Assembly: GCA_014729275.1 (NCBI GenBank)
Contig: WJKE01000055.1
Span: forward strand, 1 to 46,109
Length of the DNA: 46,109 nucleotides
Source of the DNA: Candidatus Peregrinibacteria bacterium
GTDB taxonomy: Bacteria; Patescibacteriota; Gracilibacteria; UBA1369; LOWO2-01-FULL-3
Direction: 5' to 3'
The stretch's first letter is position 1. Each line of letters starts with the position of its first letter. Below the pieces are notes generated by a model. The model had not been told where the DNA came from. It did not search any database and saw nothing but the letters and a program-made list of their open reading frames with translations. A program made the position numbers and the translations under genes. This document shows, one piece after another, positions 24,706 to 34,043 of this stretch.

Positions 24706-25824
24706 ATGAGTTTTAAAGAAGCCAAAATTGCCCTGGTCTTCGACTGGATGACAATTAGAGGTGGGGCTGAAAAGGTTAATACTGTACTCTATGAAACCTT
24801 TCCAAACGCAACAATATTCTCATCGATTTTTAACAGAAATGTATTTCCTGAATTTAAAGATACGATAATAAACACTTCTTTTTTACAAAATTTACCATTT
24901 GCAAAAAAGAAACATCAATTATTCGTTAATTTAATGCCTTATGCATACGAATTATTTGATTTGAGTAAATATGACATAATTATTTCAAGTTCGCATTCCT
25001 GCGCAAAAGGAGTTATTACAAAACCTGAATCAATGCATATTTGCTATTGTCATTCTCCAATGAGATACGCATGGGACAATTGGCATTCCTATATCAGGGA
25101 TTATAAAATCAACCCGTTAATTAAAAGGATAGGAAAAAGAAAAATGCATAAATTAAGAATGTGGGACAGAGTGTCCTCTGACAGAGTAGATTATTTTATC
25201 GCAAATTCAAATACTACAAGGAAAAGGATCGAAAAGTATTATAAGCGGCCGGCAGATGTTGTATATCCGCTTATAAACAGTAAAAAATTCTATATTAATG
25301 ATAAAAGCAAAGGCTATTACTTTGCAGCCGGCCGCCTCACCTCCTACAAAAAATTCGACTTACTTGTAAACACCTTTAATAGAATTGGTTTACCATTAAA
25401 AATTGCCGGAACCGGCATAGAAGAAAAGAGGCTCAAAAAAATCGCTAAACCAAACATAGAATTCCTCGGATACGTATCTGATAAAAAAATAAAAAAACTT
25501 TATAGTGAATGTGAAGCGTTTTTATTCCCACAGCTTGAAGATTTTGGAATCACAGCATTAGAAGCTATGGCCTCAGGTAGGCCTGTAATTGCCTATAAAC
25601 AAGGAGGGGCATTAGATACGATCAAAGAAAATACAACAGGTATATTCTTCGAAAAACAAGACCCGGTCCATTTAAAAGTGGCCATAGAAAAATACCAAAA
25701 AATGGCAAAAAAATTTGACCCGCAAAAAATAAAATCCCACGCTGAAAAATTTGATAAAACAATCTTTAAAGAAAATATAAAATCACTCGTAAAAGAAAAA
25801 TGGGAGGAGTGGAATAAATCCTAA
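24706..25824 (+). CDS. Glycosyltransferase, family 4 (GT-B fold)
   Basis: 372 aa. C-terminal EDFGITALEAMASGRPVIAYKQGGALDTI (E-x7-E type motif), and GRLTSYKKFDLL. Confidence 0.8.
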   Translation: MSFKEAKIALVFDWMTIRGGAEKVNTVLYETFPNATIFSSIFNRNVFPEFKDTIINTSFLQNLPFAKKKHQLFVNLMPYAYELFDLSKYDIIISSSHSCAKGVITKPESMHICYCHSPMRYAWDNWHSYIRDYKINPLIKRIGKRKMHKLRMWDRVSSDRVDYFIANSNTTRKRIEKYYKRPADVVYPLINSKKFYINDKSKGYYFAAGRLTSYKKFDLLVNTFNRIGLPLKIAGTGIEEKRLKKIAKPNIEFLGYVSDKKIKKLYSECEAFLFPQLEDFGITALEAMASGRPVIAYKQGGALDTIKENTTGIFFEKQDPVHLKVAIEKYQKMAKKFDPQKIKSHAEKFDKTIFKENIKSLVKEKWEEWNKS

Positions 25825-26357
25825 CCACTTGCAAGGGCAATAACAATATTCACAATTACATAAGCAAGCATAATCAGCACAAAACCACCAATACTATACA
25901 TAAGAGCTTTTTTTCCGGCTTCTTTATCCTCAGAAACTCCTGCAAACAAGTATCTAAAGCCGCCAATAATTATACCGAGAACAGCGGCTATTCCGGCAAT
26001 ACCAATCAAAAATTCCAGGAAATACCTAATATAATAAGGAGCCATCCATAATGAAATATCCCCATTTTTAATTCCGCAAGCCAGTACATCATTCAAAGTT
26101 ACTTCACCTAATTCAGAATAAAGACTATTAAAATTATTAACTGAATTCAAATTCTCTCGACTATTAAAAACAACATCAATAGTCTCGTCTACATTTCTCT
26201 CAATAAAACGCATAATCGCCCTACAATCAATAACTTTTAAGTTTGTAGGGGGTATTGCAGTTGCTTTTGGAGCGGACTGAGCTAAGCTAATAGTGCTAAA
26301 TCCAATAAAAATAAGTACTACAAGCGTTAAATTCGTTAAAACTTTTTTTAAATTCAT
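25821..26357 (-). CDS. Small secreted membrane protein resembling the TrbC/VirB2-type 'T4SS pilin' family common in Patescibacteria
   Basis: 178 aa with a signal peptide (…IGFSTISLAQSAP). The C-terminal two-helix hairpin FLIGIAGIAAVLGIIIGGFRYLFAGVSEDKEAGKKALMYSIGGFVLIMLAYVIVNIV matches my recollection of that family pattern. Confidence 0.5.
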   Translation of the reverse strand: MNLKKVLTNLTLVVLIFIGFSTISLAQSAPKATAIPPTNLKVIDCRAIMRFIERNVDETIDVVFNSRENLNSVNNFNSLYSELGEVTLNDVLACGIKNGDISLWMAPYYIRYFLEFLIGIAGIAAVLGIIIGGFRYLFAGVSEDKEAGKKALMYSIGGFVLIMLAYVIVNIVIALASG

Positions 26358-26392
26358 AATATAGTTTTATCAAATAATTATATCACAAAAAC

Positions 26393-26421
26393 TTGCGATT
26401 TTAAAGGTAGATATATATAAT
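26393..26421 (+). promoter_or_regulatory. Sigma70-like promoter upstream of der
   Basis: TTGCGA (26393-26398), 17-nt spacer, TATAAT (26416-26421), 29 nt upstream of the ATG at 26451. Confidence 0.5.
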
Positions 26422-26450
26422 TAAATGACTATTACATTTTAAATAAACCA

Positions 26451-27800
26451 ATGGACGCCTCGGCGACGATCGCCATTATAGGTAAACCAAATGTAGGAAA
26501 ATCTACACTATTCAATCGTTTGATTGGTAGAAGGCACGCGATAACAACAGATATTGCCGGAACTACACGGGATAAAGTTTCTCAAAATTTTGAATTAGGT
26601 AATTATTCACTGCTACTTGTAGATACGGGAGGACTTGAATATGGCAAGAAGAAGAATATCGAAGCTGATGTGCAATCCCAGGCTATTGCAGCATTAAACG
26701 ATTCAGATATTATAATATTTATGCTTGACTTAGCGAATGAGTTAAATGTAGATGATTTTGCTGCAGTTGATGTTTTAAGAAAATCGAAAAAACCGGTAAT
26801 TCTTGTTGGAAACAAATGTGATAATTATAAATCCGAAGAAAACATCTACAACATATTTGAGCTTGGCCTTGGGGAGGCCATTAAAATCTCTGCAATCCAT
26901 AAAGAAGGCATAGACAAATTGAAGGCTAATATTCTTGAAAAACTTAAAGAATTAAAAGTAAAACCTAAAAAGAAAAAAACATCAAAATTACTAAATATCA
27001 GTATATTGGGTAGACCAAATGCAGGTAAATCATCGTTAGTAAACTCAATTTCAGGGCAAAAAAAATCAATTGTATCTCAAATACCTGGAACCACCAGAGA
27101 CACAACAGATACAGAAATTGAATTCGAAGGTAGAAAAATTCGATTAATTGATACAGCAGGACTGAAAAAAAGAGGAAAAATTGGCAAAGGAATTGAAAAA
27201 TTTAGTGCTTTAAGATGTATTAACGCAATAAATAAATCAGATATAGTAATTTTGCTCATTGATGCAGAAATTGGAGTTACCGCACAGGACACACATATAG
27301 CCCAATACGCACTCGAAGAACAAAAAGGTGTAATACTGGCAGTAAACAAAAAAGACTTATTAAGCGAAGAGGAAGAAAATATAATGATCTCAAAAATAAA
27401 ACGAAAATTTGCATTTATGCCATGGGTACCCTTAATTTTCATCTCTGCTTTAAACAAATCAAACATAAATGAATTACTAAATCTTGCGCTTGAAATAGAA
27501 AAGGAATCAAGTAAAAGAATAAGTACAGCTGAGCTTAATAACTTTCTTCAAAAAATCACATACAAACATCAACCTGTGAGTTCAAAAGGTAAAAAACCAA
27601 AATTTATGTACGGCTCTCAGGTAGATGTTTCACCACCACAATTTGTATTATTTTTCAAACACCCCTCAAACCTCCATTTTTCTTATCCACGATACATTGA
27701 AAACGAAATCAGAAAGAAGTATGGCTTTAATGGGGTAAGTTTGGATATTAAAATTAAGAATAGTGGTTCAAAAACAACGAAATTACTTAAGAAGAGGTAA
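26451..27800 (+). CDS. der: Ribosome-biogenesis GTPase Der (EngA)
   Basis: 449 aa. Two tandem GTPase domains with P-loops GKPNVGKST and GRPNAGKSS, DTGG/DTAG and NKCD/NKKD motifs, and a C-terminal KH-like domain. Confidence 0.93.
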   Translation: MDASATIAIIGKPNVGKSTLFNRLIGRRHAITTDIAGTTRDKVSQNFELGNYSLLLVDTGGLEYGKKKNIEADVQSQAIAALNDSDIIIFMLDLANELNVDDFAAVDVLRKSKKPVILVGNKCDNYKSEENIYNIFELGLGEAIKISAIHKEGIDKLKANILEKLKELKVKPKKKKTSKLLNISILGRPNAGKSSLVNSISGQKKSIVSQIPGTTRDTTDTEIEFEGRKIRLIDTAGLKKRGKIGKGIEKFSALRCINAINKSDIVILLIDAEIGVTAQDTHIAQYALEEQKGVILAVNKKDLLSEEEENIMISKIKRKFAFMPWVPLIFISALNKSNINELLNLALEIEKESSKRISTAELNNFLQKITYKHQPVSSKGKKPKFMYGSQVDVSPPQFVLFFKHPSNLHFSYPRYIENEIRKKYGFNGVSLDIKIKNSGSKTTKLLKKR

Positions 27801-28499
27801 AAATTTTTCTTTTACGACTTCCTGTTTCCCGTAATTTTTTTCCCAAAGATTATTGTAATGCTTCCTTCTGTCCACGTTATGGAATTTTAACAAAGTTGGC
27901 TTAATAATTATGCCTGATTTGTCATTTAATTTTTCACCTTTTGTTTTGGCTCTTTTTAATTGCCAATCAGAAAGAGAGCGTTCTAATTTGTTACCAAATC
28001 TTCCCTTGAACAAAAAAGTAAAAAAAGAATTGAAAATCCACAAAAAAAGATTTCTGCTTAAGACATATCCTTCTTTTGAATGAAAATTGCTCTTAATCGC
28101 CCATGAATTAGCGTTAATAAAATCAGCATAACAATTATTATTAATAACAGGGGTCAATTCTTCTATCCAAAGCTTCAAATAATAATCATCCTTAAGAGCA
28201 ATCTGCCTTAAACTTAAATTAGAGTCATCCATGAAAAAACTTAAACAAAACCTGCCGGAAACCTTGTTAGAGTGACGTCTAACACCCAAAAGATGTAAGA
28301 TTGATGTAACAAAAGTTCTTACAAAAAATAATCTTCCGGAAGCAGCCACAACAAATAAATCAATATCACTATTTTTATCAACTTTGCCAAAAGATAAGTT
28401 ATTGCATACGGCTATCATCCTTAAAAAAGGAACTACTTGCAAAAATTTTAGGTAAAACCTAACTCTCTTCCAAAGTTTTTCTTCTATTTTAGTCTGCAT
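27783..28499 (-). CDS. Hypothetical protein with a Pol-beta-superfamily nucleotidyltransferase-like N-terminal motif
   Basis: 238 aa. FGKVDKNSDIDLFVV (G-x(n)-S-D-x-D) plus a downstream acidic FFMDD fit the minimal NTase fold pattern. The rest is unassigned. Confidence 0.35.
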   Translation of the reverse strand: MQTKIEEKLWKRVRFYLKFLQVVPFLRMIAVCNNLSFGKVDKNSDIDLFVVAASGRLFFVRTFVTSILHLLGVRRHSNKVSGRFCLSFFMDDSNLSLRQIALKDDYYLKLWIEELTPVINNNCYADFINANSWAIKSNFHSKEGYVLSRNLFLWIFNSFFTFLFKGRFGNKLERSLSDWQLKRAKTKGEKLNDKSGIIIKPTLLKFHNVDRRKHYNNLWEKNYGKQEVVKEKFLPLLK

Positions 28500-28536
28500 A
28501 GCTTTAGTATACTATTTAAGGAATCAATAAATCAAA

Positions 28537-30645
28537 ATGACAGAAAAAAATAAAATTAAAAAAATTTTAGAAAATTTACCTTCTGCGCCTGGTGTTTACA
28601 GTATGATCAATAAAGAAGGAATAGTAATTTATGTTGGAAAAGCAAAGGATATAAACAAAAGAGTTAGACAATATTTTCAAAAGACTCCTAAAAGTATAAA
28701 AACAAGTAAAATGATAGAAAATATTGATGATATTGCATACACAGTAGTAGACAGCGAATTAGAAGCAATTCTTCTTGAAACAAATCTGATAAAACAACTT
28801 CAACCAAAATATAATATTTTAATGAAGGATGGTAAAAATTATGTTTATATTAAGATATTCAATGAAGATTTTCCCAGAATCAAACTGGTAAGAAAAGTTG
28901 AAAAGGATGGTGCAAAATACATAGGGCCTAAGACCTCTGCCCATAATGTGAAAGCATTATTATCACTATTAAAAAAAATATTTCCTTACAGACATTGCGA
29001 TCTTCAAATTGAAAGCCGGAAAAGTGGGGTAAAGGTCAAAAACAAAGTTATTAAGTATCCTTGTCTGGACCATTTCATAAAAAAATGTTCAGCTCCATGT
29101 ATAAATAAAATTACTAAACAAGAATACGCAAAAATCATAAAAAATATTGAAGACTTTCTAGCGGGTAAAGCGGATAATTTATTAAAGGATTTGGAAGAAG
29201 AAATGAAAAAACTGGCGCAACAAAAAAAATTCGAAAAAGCAGCAAAATTAAGAGATAAATTAATAAAAATAAAAGAAATACTTGAAAAACAAAAAATTTC
29301 AGACCCGGGCAGAAAAGATACGGATGTTATCAATTACTGTATCAGTAGAGATAGGGCATATTTTAACCTCTTTCAAATAAGAGACGGAAAACTAATTAAT
29401 CAGGACAATTTTATCCTAAAAGGAGCCGAAATGGGAGAAGAAGAGGGGATTGAGGCATTAAAAGCTTTTGTAATGCAATATTACGAAATAGCAACCGACA
29501 TCCCCAAAGAAATATTGCTTCCACACAAAATAGATGATCAGAAAGAGCTTGCTAAGTGGATTAATGCAAAAGTCATTATCCCAAAAAGAGGTGATAAAAA
29601 TAAATTGCTAGAGTTAAGCTTATCAAACGCAAGAATTTATGCTGACAGAAACAAACCAAGCTGGCAGGAAGAAAGTGATGATACCAAAAAAGCACTTGAA
29701 GAATTAAAGGAAATTTTAAAATTAAAAGAATCTCCAAAAAGGATTGAGTGTTTTGATATATCGCATCTATCCGGAACAGAAACTGTTGGTTCAATGATAG
29801 TTTTTGAAAAAGGAGTACCAAATAAAGGAATGTATAGAAAATTTAGGCTAAGGTCCGTGCAAGGAAAACCTGATGATTATAAGTCTATGAATGAAGTGCT
29901 ATATAGAAGATTTTCTAAAATCGCTCAAGAAATAAAATATCAGAATTACATATTCAAAAAAGCTTTAAAAAAATATCAAAACACTATTAAACCTGATAAA
30001 AAAGAGCAATATAAAGATTATTACATCCTTGAGAAAAAAAATGGTAAAAAATCATCCTTGGCAGGATATATAAGAGTGATAAGCATTAATAAAAAAGTTA
30101 CAGAATTAAAAAATCTTTATATAGAAAAAAAGGAAAGAGGAAAAAAATTAGGACATTTACTTATTAAAAAGGCAATTGATAAAGCTAAATCTAAAAGGGT
30201 GTACATATTGTGCAAACCGGAGCTTAAAGATTACTATTATCAAATAGGCTTTGAAGACATTAAAAAACTTCCTGAAGAATTAAAAACAAGTGAAAACGAG
30301 TGCAAAGGAAAAATCTGTAACATGCCTCATCCAATGGTTTACGACAAAAATAAATACAAAAAAGATGAATCCTTCAGTAAAATACCTGATTTAGTTGTTG
30401 TGGATGGGGGAAAGGGACAACTCAAAGAACTTTCTAAAGTATTCAAAAAATTAGACCTTTCAATTCCACATATTGCATTGGCAAAACGCCTTGAAGAAAT
30501 ATACCTGCCAAATTCTGCCAACTCGATAATTTTGGAAAAAAATAATAACGCATTAAGATTACTCCAAAGAGCCAGAGATGAAGCACATAGATTTGCTATT
30601 AGCTACAATAGAAAACTAAGGTCTAAAAAAATTAAGCAATTGTAA
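28537..30645 (+). CDS. uvrC: Excinuclease ABC subunit C with an internal GNAT-like insertion and no C-terminal (HhH)2 domain
   Basis: 702 aa. GIY-YIG (PGVYSMINKEGIVIYVGKAKDINKRVRQYF), UVR motif (KKFEKAAKLRDKL), and RNase H-like endonuclease domain (IECFDISHLSG...PDLVVVDGGKGQL...ARDEAHRFAI). The protein stops right after the endonuclease domain. Confidence 0.9.
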   Translation: MTEKNKIKKILENLPSAPGVYSMINKEGIVIYVGKAKDINKRVRQYFQKTPKSIKTSKMIENIDDIAYTVVDSELEAILLETNLIKQLQPKYNILMKDGKNYVYIKIFNEDFPRIKLVRKVEKDGAKYIGPKTSAHNVKALLSLLKKIFPYRHCDLQIESRKSGVKVKNKVIKYPCLDHFIKKCSAPCINKITKQEYAKIIKNIEDFLAGKADNLLKDLEEEMKKLAQQKKFEKAAKLRDKLIKIKEILEKQKISDPGRKDTDVINYCISRDRAYFNLFQIRDGKLINQDNFILKGAEMGEEEGIEALKAFVMQYYEIATDIPKEILLPHKIDDQKELAKWINAKVIIPKRGDKNKLLELSLSNARIYADRNKPSWQEESDDTKKALEELKEILKLKESPKRIECFDISHLSGTETVGSMIVFEKGVPNKGMYRKFRLRSVQGKPDDYKSMNEVLYRRFSKIAQEIKYQNYIFKKALKKYQNTIKPDKKEQYKDYYILEKKNGKKSSLAGYIRVISINKKVTELKNLYIEKKERGKKLGHLLIKKAIDKAKSKRVYILCKPELKDYYYQIGFEDIKKLPEELKTSENECKGKICNMPHPMVYDKNKYKKDESFSKIPDLVVVDGGKGQLKELSKVFKKLDLSIPHIALAKRLEEIYLPNSANSIILEKNNNALRLLQRARDEAHRFAISYNRKLRSKKIKQL
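29923..30384 (+). other. ~150-aa insertion inside UvrC resembling a GNAT acetyltransferase core
   Basis: It lies between YRRFSKI and PDLVVVDGGKGQL, where canonical UvrC has only a short linker. The segment LKNLYIEKKERGKKLGHLLIKKAIDKAKSKRVYILCKPELKDYYYQIGFE follows GNAT motif A/B (V.p..rg.G.G..Ll......a......l.......a..fY.k.GF). Confidence 0.5.
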
Positions 30646-31840
30646 TCTTCTCCCTAGAGTCAAAAAGCATATCTAAGTGTTTATGTATATCAATATTTCC
30701 TTCAATATCATTAAGAACGTTGTCAGAACAAGCTATTTCAGGTTTGGGTGGCGCAAATATTGAACAAGTGTCTTTACAGGGAAGTTTTGAGATCTGATAT
30801 GTACCGATTTTTCTGGAAATTCTACAAATTTCTTCTTTATCATAAGAAATTAATGGCTGGTAAAGAGGAATCTTGGTAACAGAATGGATTGCAAATAGAT
30901 TTTTTGCAGTTTGAGAGGCTACTTGTGCAAGGTTATCACCGGTTATAAGGCCCTTAGCCTTTAAATTAAAAGCCAACCTTTCTGCCCCCCTAAGCATCAT
31001 TCTTCGATACAAAAGAACTCTGTAGCGAGAATCTATTGCTTTATTGGAGGCAATACTTTTCATATAATCTGCAAATGGAATCAGATAAAGAGTCGTATTA
31101 TTTTGATATTCGGAAAGAATTCTGCAAATAGATTTTACATTTTCAATTTCTTGAATATCAGTATAAGGATATGAATGAAAATGAATATAAATAACTCTTG
31201 CCCCACGCCTCATCATTCTAAAAGCTGACACAGGGGAATCGATACCACTTGAAAGAAGACAAAGAAGTTTATCAGAACTTTGAGTCGGCATTCCACCGAG
31301 ACCATTTAACTTTTCATAAGAAAAATAGGATTTATTATTAAAAATTTCAATATTGATGCAAAGATCCTCGTCGCGCAGCTTTACCGGTAAATTGAGGCCG
31401 GCTTTAATCAAATTTGTTCCCATTTCCCGCTCAATTTCTGTAGAATTCATTGAAAATTTCTGGGATCTTTTAACGCATACTCTAAAATTTTGATATGAAT
31501 CAACAGGTTTTGGTAAATTGGTCATTATGTTTTGTGCCAACTGCTTTAAATTAATAGATCCTTCAAATACAAATTGATAATTCCTGATTCCAAAAATATT
31601 ATTCAAAATGTTCTGCAGCGGTTCTTGAGGTATATCATCAATCTCCACTAAAAAACGTTCAAGTGAAAAGATAATTTTTACATTCTTTTGTAATCCTTTA
31701 GAAAGCTTATTTCGCAGAGTGCGTCTTAATTTTTCAATAAAATATCTTTTATTGGATTTTTTAAGACCAATCTCACTATAATGTATTAGTATAAAACGTT
31801 TCATGGACAAGAAAATATAATTATCCAACAAAAAAATCAA
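30632..31840 (-). CDS. thiI: tRNA 4-thiouridine synthase ThiI (THUMP + PP-loop ATPase)
   Basis: 402 aa as the longest ORF. ILIHYSEIGLKKSNKRYF start region and PP-loop LLSSGIDSPVSAF. The true start is probably the internal ATG at 31804 (MKRFILIHY...). No rhodanese domain. Confidence 0.88.
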   Translation of the reverse strand: MIFLLDNYIFLSMKRFILIHYSEIGLKKSNKRYFIEKLRRTLRNKLSKGLQKNVKIIFSLERFLVEIDDIPQEPLQNILNNIFGIRNYQFVFEGSINLKQLAQNIMTNLPKPVDSYQNFRVCVKRSQKFSMNSTEIEREMGTNLIKAGLNLPVKLRDEDLCINIEIFNNKSYFSYEKLNGLGGMPTQSSDKLLCLLSSGIDSPVSAFRMMRRGARVIYIHFHSYPYTDIQEIENVKSICRILSEYQNNTTLYLIPFADYMKSIASNKAIDSRYRVLLYRRMMLRGAERLAFNLKAKGLITGDNLAQVASQTAKNLFAIHSVTKIPLYQPLISYDKEEICRISRKIGTYQISKLPCKDTCSIFAPPKPEIACSDNVLNDIEGNIDIHKHLDMLFDSREKITIA

Positions 31841-31898
31841 CTTTCAATATAAAAAAACAATAAATTGAGTATAATTTAAGGGCTTAAACTAAAGTTAT

Positions 31899-32678
31899 AT
31901 GAAATTTCCAAAACTAATGGGAATCCTAAACCTTACTCCCGATTCATTTTCAGATGGCGGAAAATTTAACAACATGGAGAGGGCAATTGCCAGAGCAATA
32001 GAGATAGAAAATTCAGGAGCGGAAATATTAGACATTGGAGGAGAAAGCACGGGCCCAAACTCGAAAGATGTAAGCGAGCAGGTAGAATTAAGAAGGGTAA
32101 TCCCAACACTAAAGGAAATACAAAAAAGGATAAATATTGAAATATCAGTAGATACATCCAAATCTAAAGTTGCGCAGGCAGCTCTTAAAAACGGAGCAAC
32201 AATTATAAATGACATAACCGGATTAAGAGGAGACGAATATATGGCAGAAACAATAGCAGAGCATGAAAGCAAAGTGGTTATTATGTACGCAAAAGATGGT
32301 ACACCAAGAACTACAATAATGGCAAAAAAATATAAAGATGTCATAAAAACTATAAGCGATTTTTTTGAAAAAAGAATCGCTTATGCTGTATCAAAAGGCA
32401 TAAAACGCAAAAATATAATACTGGACCCGGGATTTGGTCATTTTATAAGCTCAATACCAAGTTACAGCTATCAAATTATTGCAGAGCTTCCAAACCTAAA
32501 AAAATTCGGTCTACCAATACTACTTGGAATTTCCAGGAAATCCGCATTGGGTGGTGCACTGGAAGATAGAGATAAAAGGGGCTTACCACTAAATGCAGTT
32601 GCATATCTTCAGGGAGCAGATATACTTCGAGTGCATAAGGTAAAGGAAACAAAAGAATTCCTTAGTAATTTATTTTAA
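31899..32678 (+). CDS. folP: Dihydropteroate synthase
   Basis: 259 aa. MGILNLTPDSFSDGG, ILDIGGESTGP, INDITG and DPGFGF-type (DPGFGHF) motifs. Confidence 0.93.
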   Translation: MKFPKLMGILNLTPDSFSDGGKFNNMERAIARAIEIENSGAEILDIGGESTGPNSKDVSEQVELRRVIPTLKEIQKRINIEISVDTSKSKVAQAALKNGATIINDITGLRGDEYMAETIAEHESKVVIMYAKDGTPRTTIMAKKYKDVIKTISDFFEKRIAYAVSKGIKRKNIILDPGFGHFISSIPSYSYQIIAELPNLKKFGLPILLGISRKSALGGALEDRDKRGLPLNAVAYLQGADILRVHKVKETKEFLSNLF

Positions 32679-33026
32679 ATGCCATTTCTCACAGCAACCA
32701 GAAAATTTGAATTTGCATCATCACATTTCTTAGAAAATTATAAGGGGAAATGTGAACATATGCATGGACACAACTACAAATTACATATAACAGTAAAAGG
32801 AGAAATTGCTAATGATGGACTTGTAATGGACTTTGCTGATATTAAAAAAATAGTTAAGAATAAAGTTATAGAAAAACTCGACCATAAACATTTGAACGAT
32901 ATTCTTAAAAACCCAACCGCAGAGCATATTTCAATATGGATATGGGACGCATTAAAAGATCACATGCCACTTCATAAAATAAAACTATATGAAACCGATA
33001 ACTGCTATGTAGAGTATGAAGGGTAA
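32679..33026 (+). CDS. 6-pyruvoyl-tetrahydropterin synthase family protein (QueD / PTPS-III type)
   Basis: 115 aa. FEFASSHFL...GKCEHMHGHNYKL...MDFADIK...LDHKHLND is the PTPS/QueD fold signature. The catalytic Cys is immediately followed by Glu (CE). Confidence 0.8.
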   Translation: MPFLTATRKFEFASSHFLENYKGKCEHMHGHNYKLHITVKGEIANDGLVMDFADIKKIVKNKVIEKLDHKHLNDILKNPTAEHISIWIWDALKDHMPLHKIKLYETDNCYVEYEG

Positions 33027-33510
33027 TGAAGTATACCTATCCTTAGGGTCTAATTTAAAAGAAAGGCAGAAGAACCTAAAAACAGCGCTAAATTTAATTA
33101 AAAATTTTGTAGAAATACTTAAAATCTCGAGTATCTACGAATCAGAGCCGGTCGATTATTTGAAACAAAAAGCGTTTTTAAATCTTGTATTAAAAGGCAA
33201 AACAAAATTATCTCCTCAAAATCTTCTTAAAAAAACACAAAAGGTAGAATTTGAAATGGGTAGAGAGAAAATCATTGATAAGGGCCCCAGAAATATTGAT
33301 ATTGATATTCTCTTTTACAATGACGAAGTAGTTAATAAAACCAACTTAATTATTCCACATCCTTCTATACAAAAAAGAAATTTTGTGCTAATTCCTTTAA
33401 TGCAAATAGAGCCTAACATGCTTCATCCCGTGTTAAACAAAAAAATCAATGAGCTGACCAACAATCAAAAGTTTACTAACAGAATTAAAAAATGGACAAA
33501 GAAAAAATAA
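33016..33510 (+). CDS. folK: 2-amino-4-hydroxy-6-hydroxymethyldihydropteridine pyrophosphokinase
   Basis: 164 aa. VYLSLGSNL...SSIYESEPV...PRNIDIDILFY...IPHP are HPPK motifs. Confidence 0.9.
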   Translation: MKGNEVYLSLGSNLKERQKNLKTALNLIKNFVEILKISSIYESEPVDYLKQKAFLNLVLKGKTKLSPQNLLKKTQKVEFEMGREKIIDKGPRNIDIDILFYNDEVVNKTNLIIPHPSIQKRNFVLIPLMQIEPNMLHPVLNKKINELTNNQKFTNRIKKWTKKK

Positions 33511-34043
33511 TTGATTCAGCAAGAGCGATTTTAAAAGCAATTGGAGAAGATCCACAAAGGGAAGGTTTAGTAAAAACACCAAAAAGAATTGCAGCATCTT
33601 ATGAAAAAATTTTTGGAGGGTATTACATAGATCCATCAAGCCTTGTAACTCAATTTGACGGTGAAAACTACGACGAAATGATAATCTGTAAAAACATTGA
33701 TTTTTACTCAACCTGCGAACATCACATGATCCCATTTTTTGGAAAAATATCAATTGGCTATATTCCATCAAAAAAGATCGTAGGGATTTCAAAGCTACCA
33801 CGAATGGTAGAAATTTTTGCAAGAAGATTGCAAAACCAGGAAAGGCTAACAATGCAAATATCAGAAAAACTAAATGAATTACTGGAGCCAAAAGGAGTTG
33901 GCGTAGTAGTAGAAGCGTCACACCTTTGTATGATGGCAAGAGGAGTAGAAAAACAAAACTCAACTATGATTACATCAAGCTGTAAGGGATTATTTAAAAC
34001 TGACCAAAGAACTCGTGCCGAATTTTTAAAGCTAATTAAATGA
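33492..34043 (+). CDS. folE: GTP cyclohydrolase I
   Basis: 183 aa. REGLVKTPKRIA, FYSTCEHHMIPFFG, QNQERLT and HLCMMARGV motifs. Confidence 0.93.
   Translation: MDKEKIIDSARAILKAIGEDPQREGLVKTPKRIAASYEKIFGGYYIDPSSLVTQFDGENYDEMIICKNIDFYSTCEHHMIPFFGKISIGYIPSKKIVGISKLPRMVEIFARRLQNQERLTMQISEKLNELLEPKGVGVVVEASHLCMMARGVEKQNSTMITSSCKGLFKTDQRTRAEFLKLIK

Noticed and set aside
31895-33963. Minus-strand ORFs 31895-32344 (149 aa), 31966-32157 and 33433-33963 (176 aa) across folP/folK/folE
   Set aside because: They are antisense to genes with canonical FolP/FolK/FolE motifs. Their translations are Leu/Phe/Ser-rich with no domain signal.
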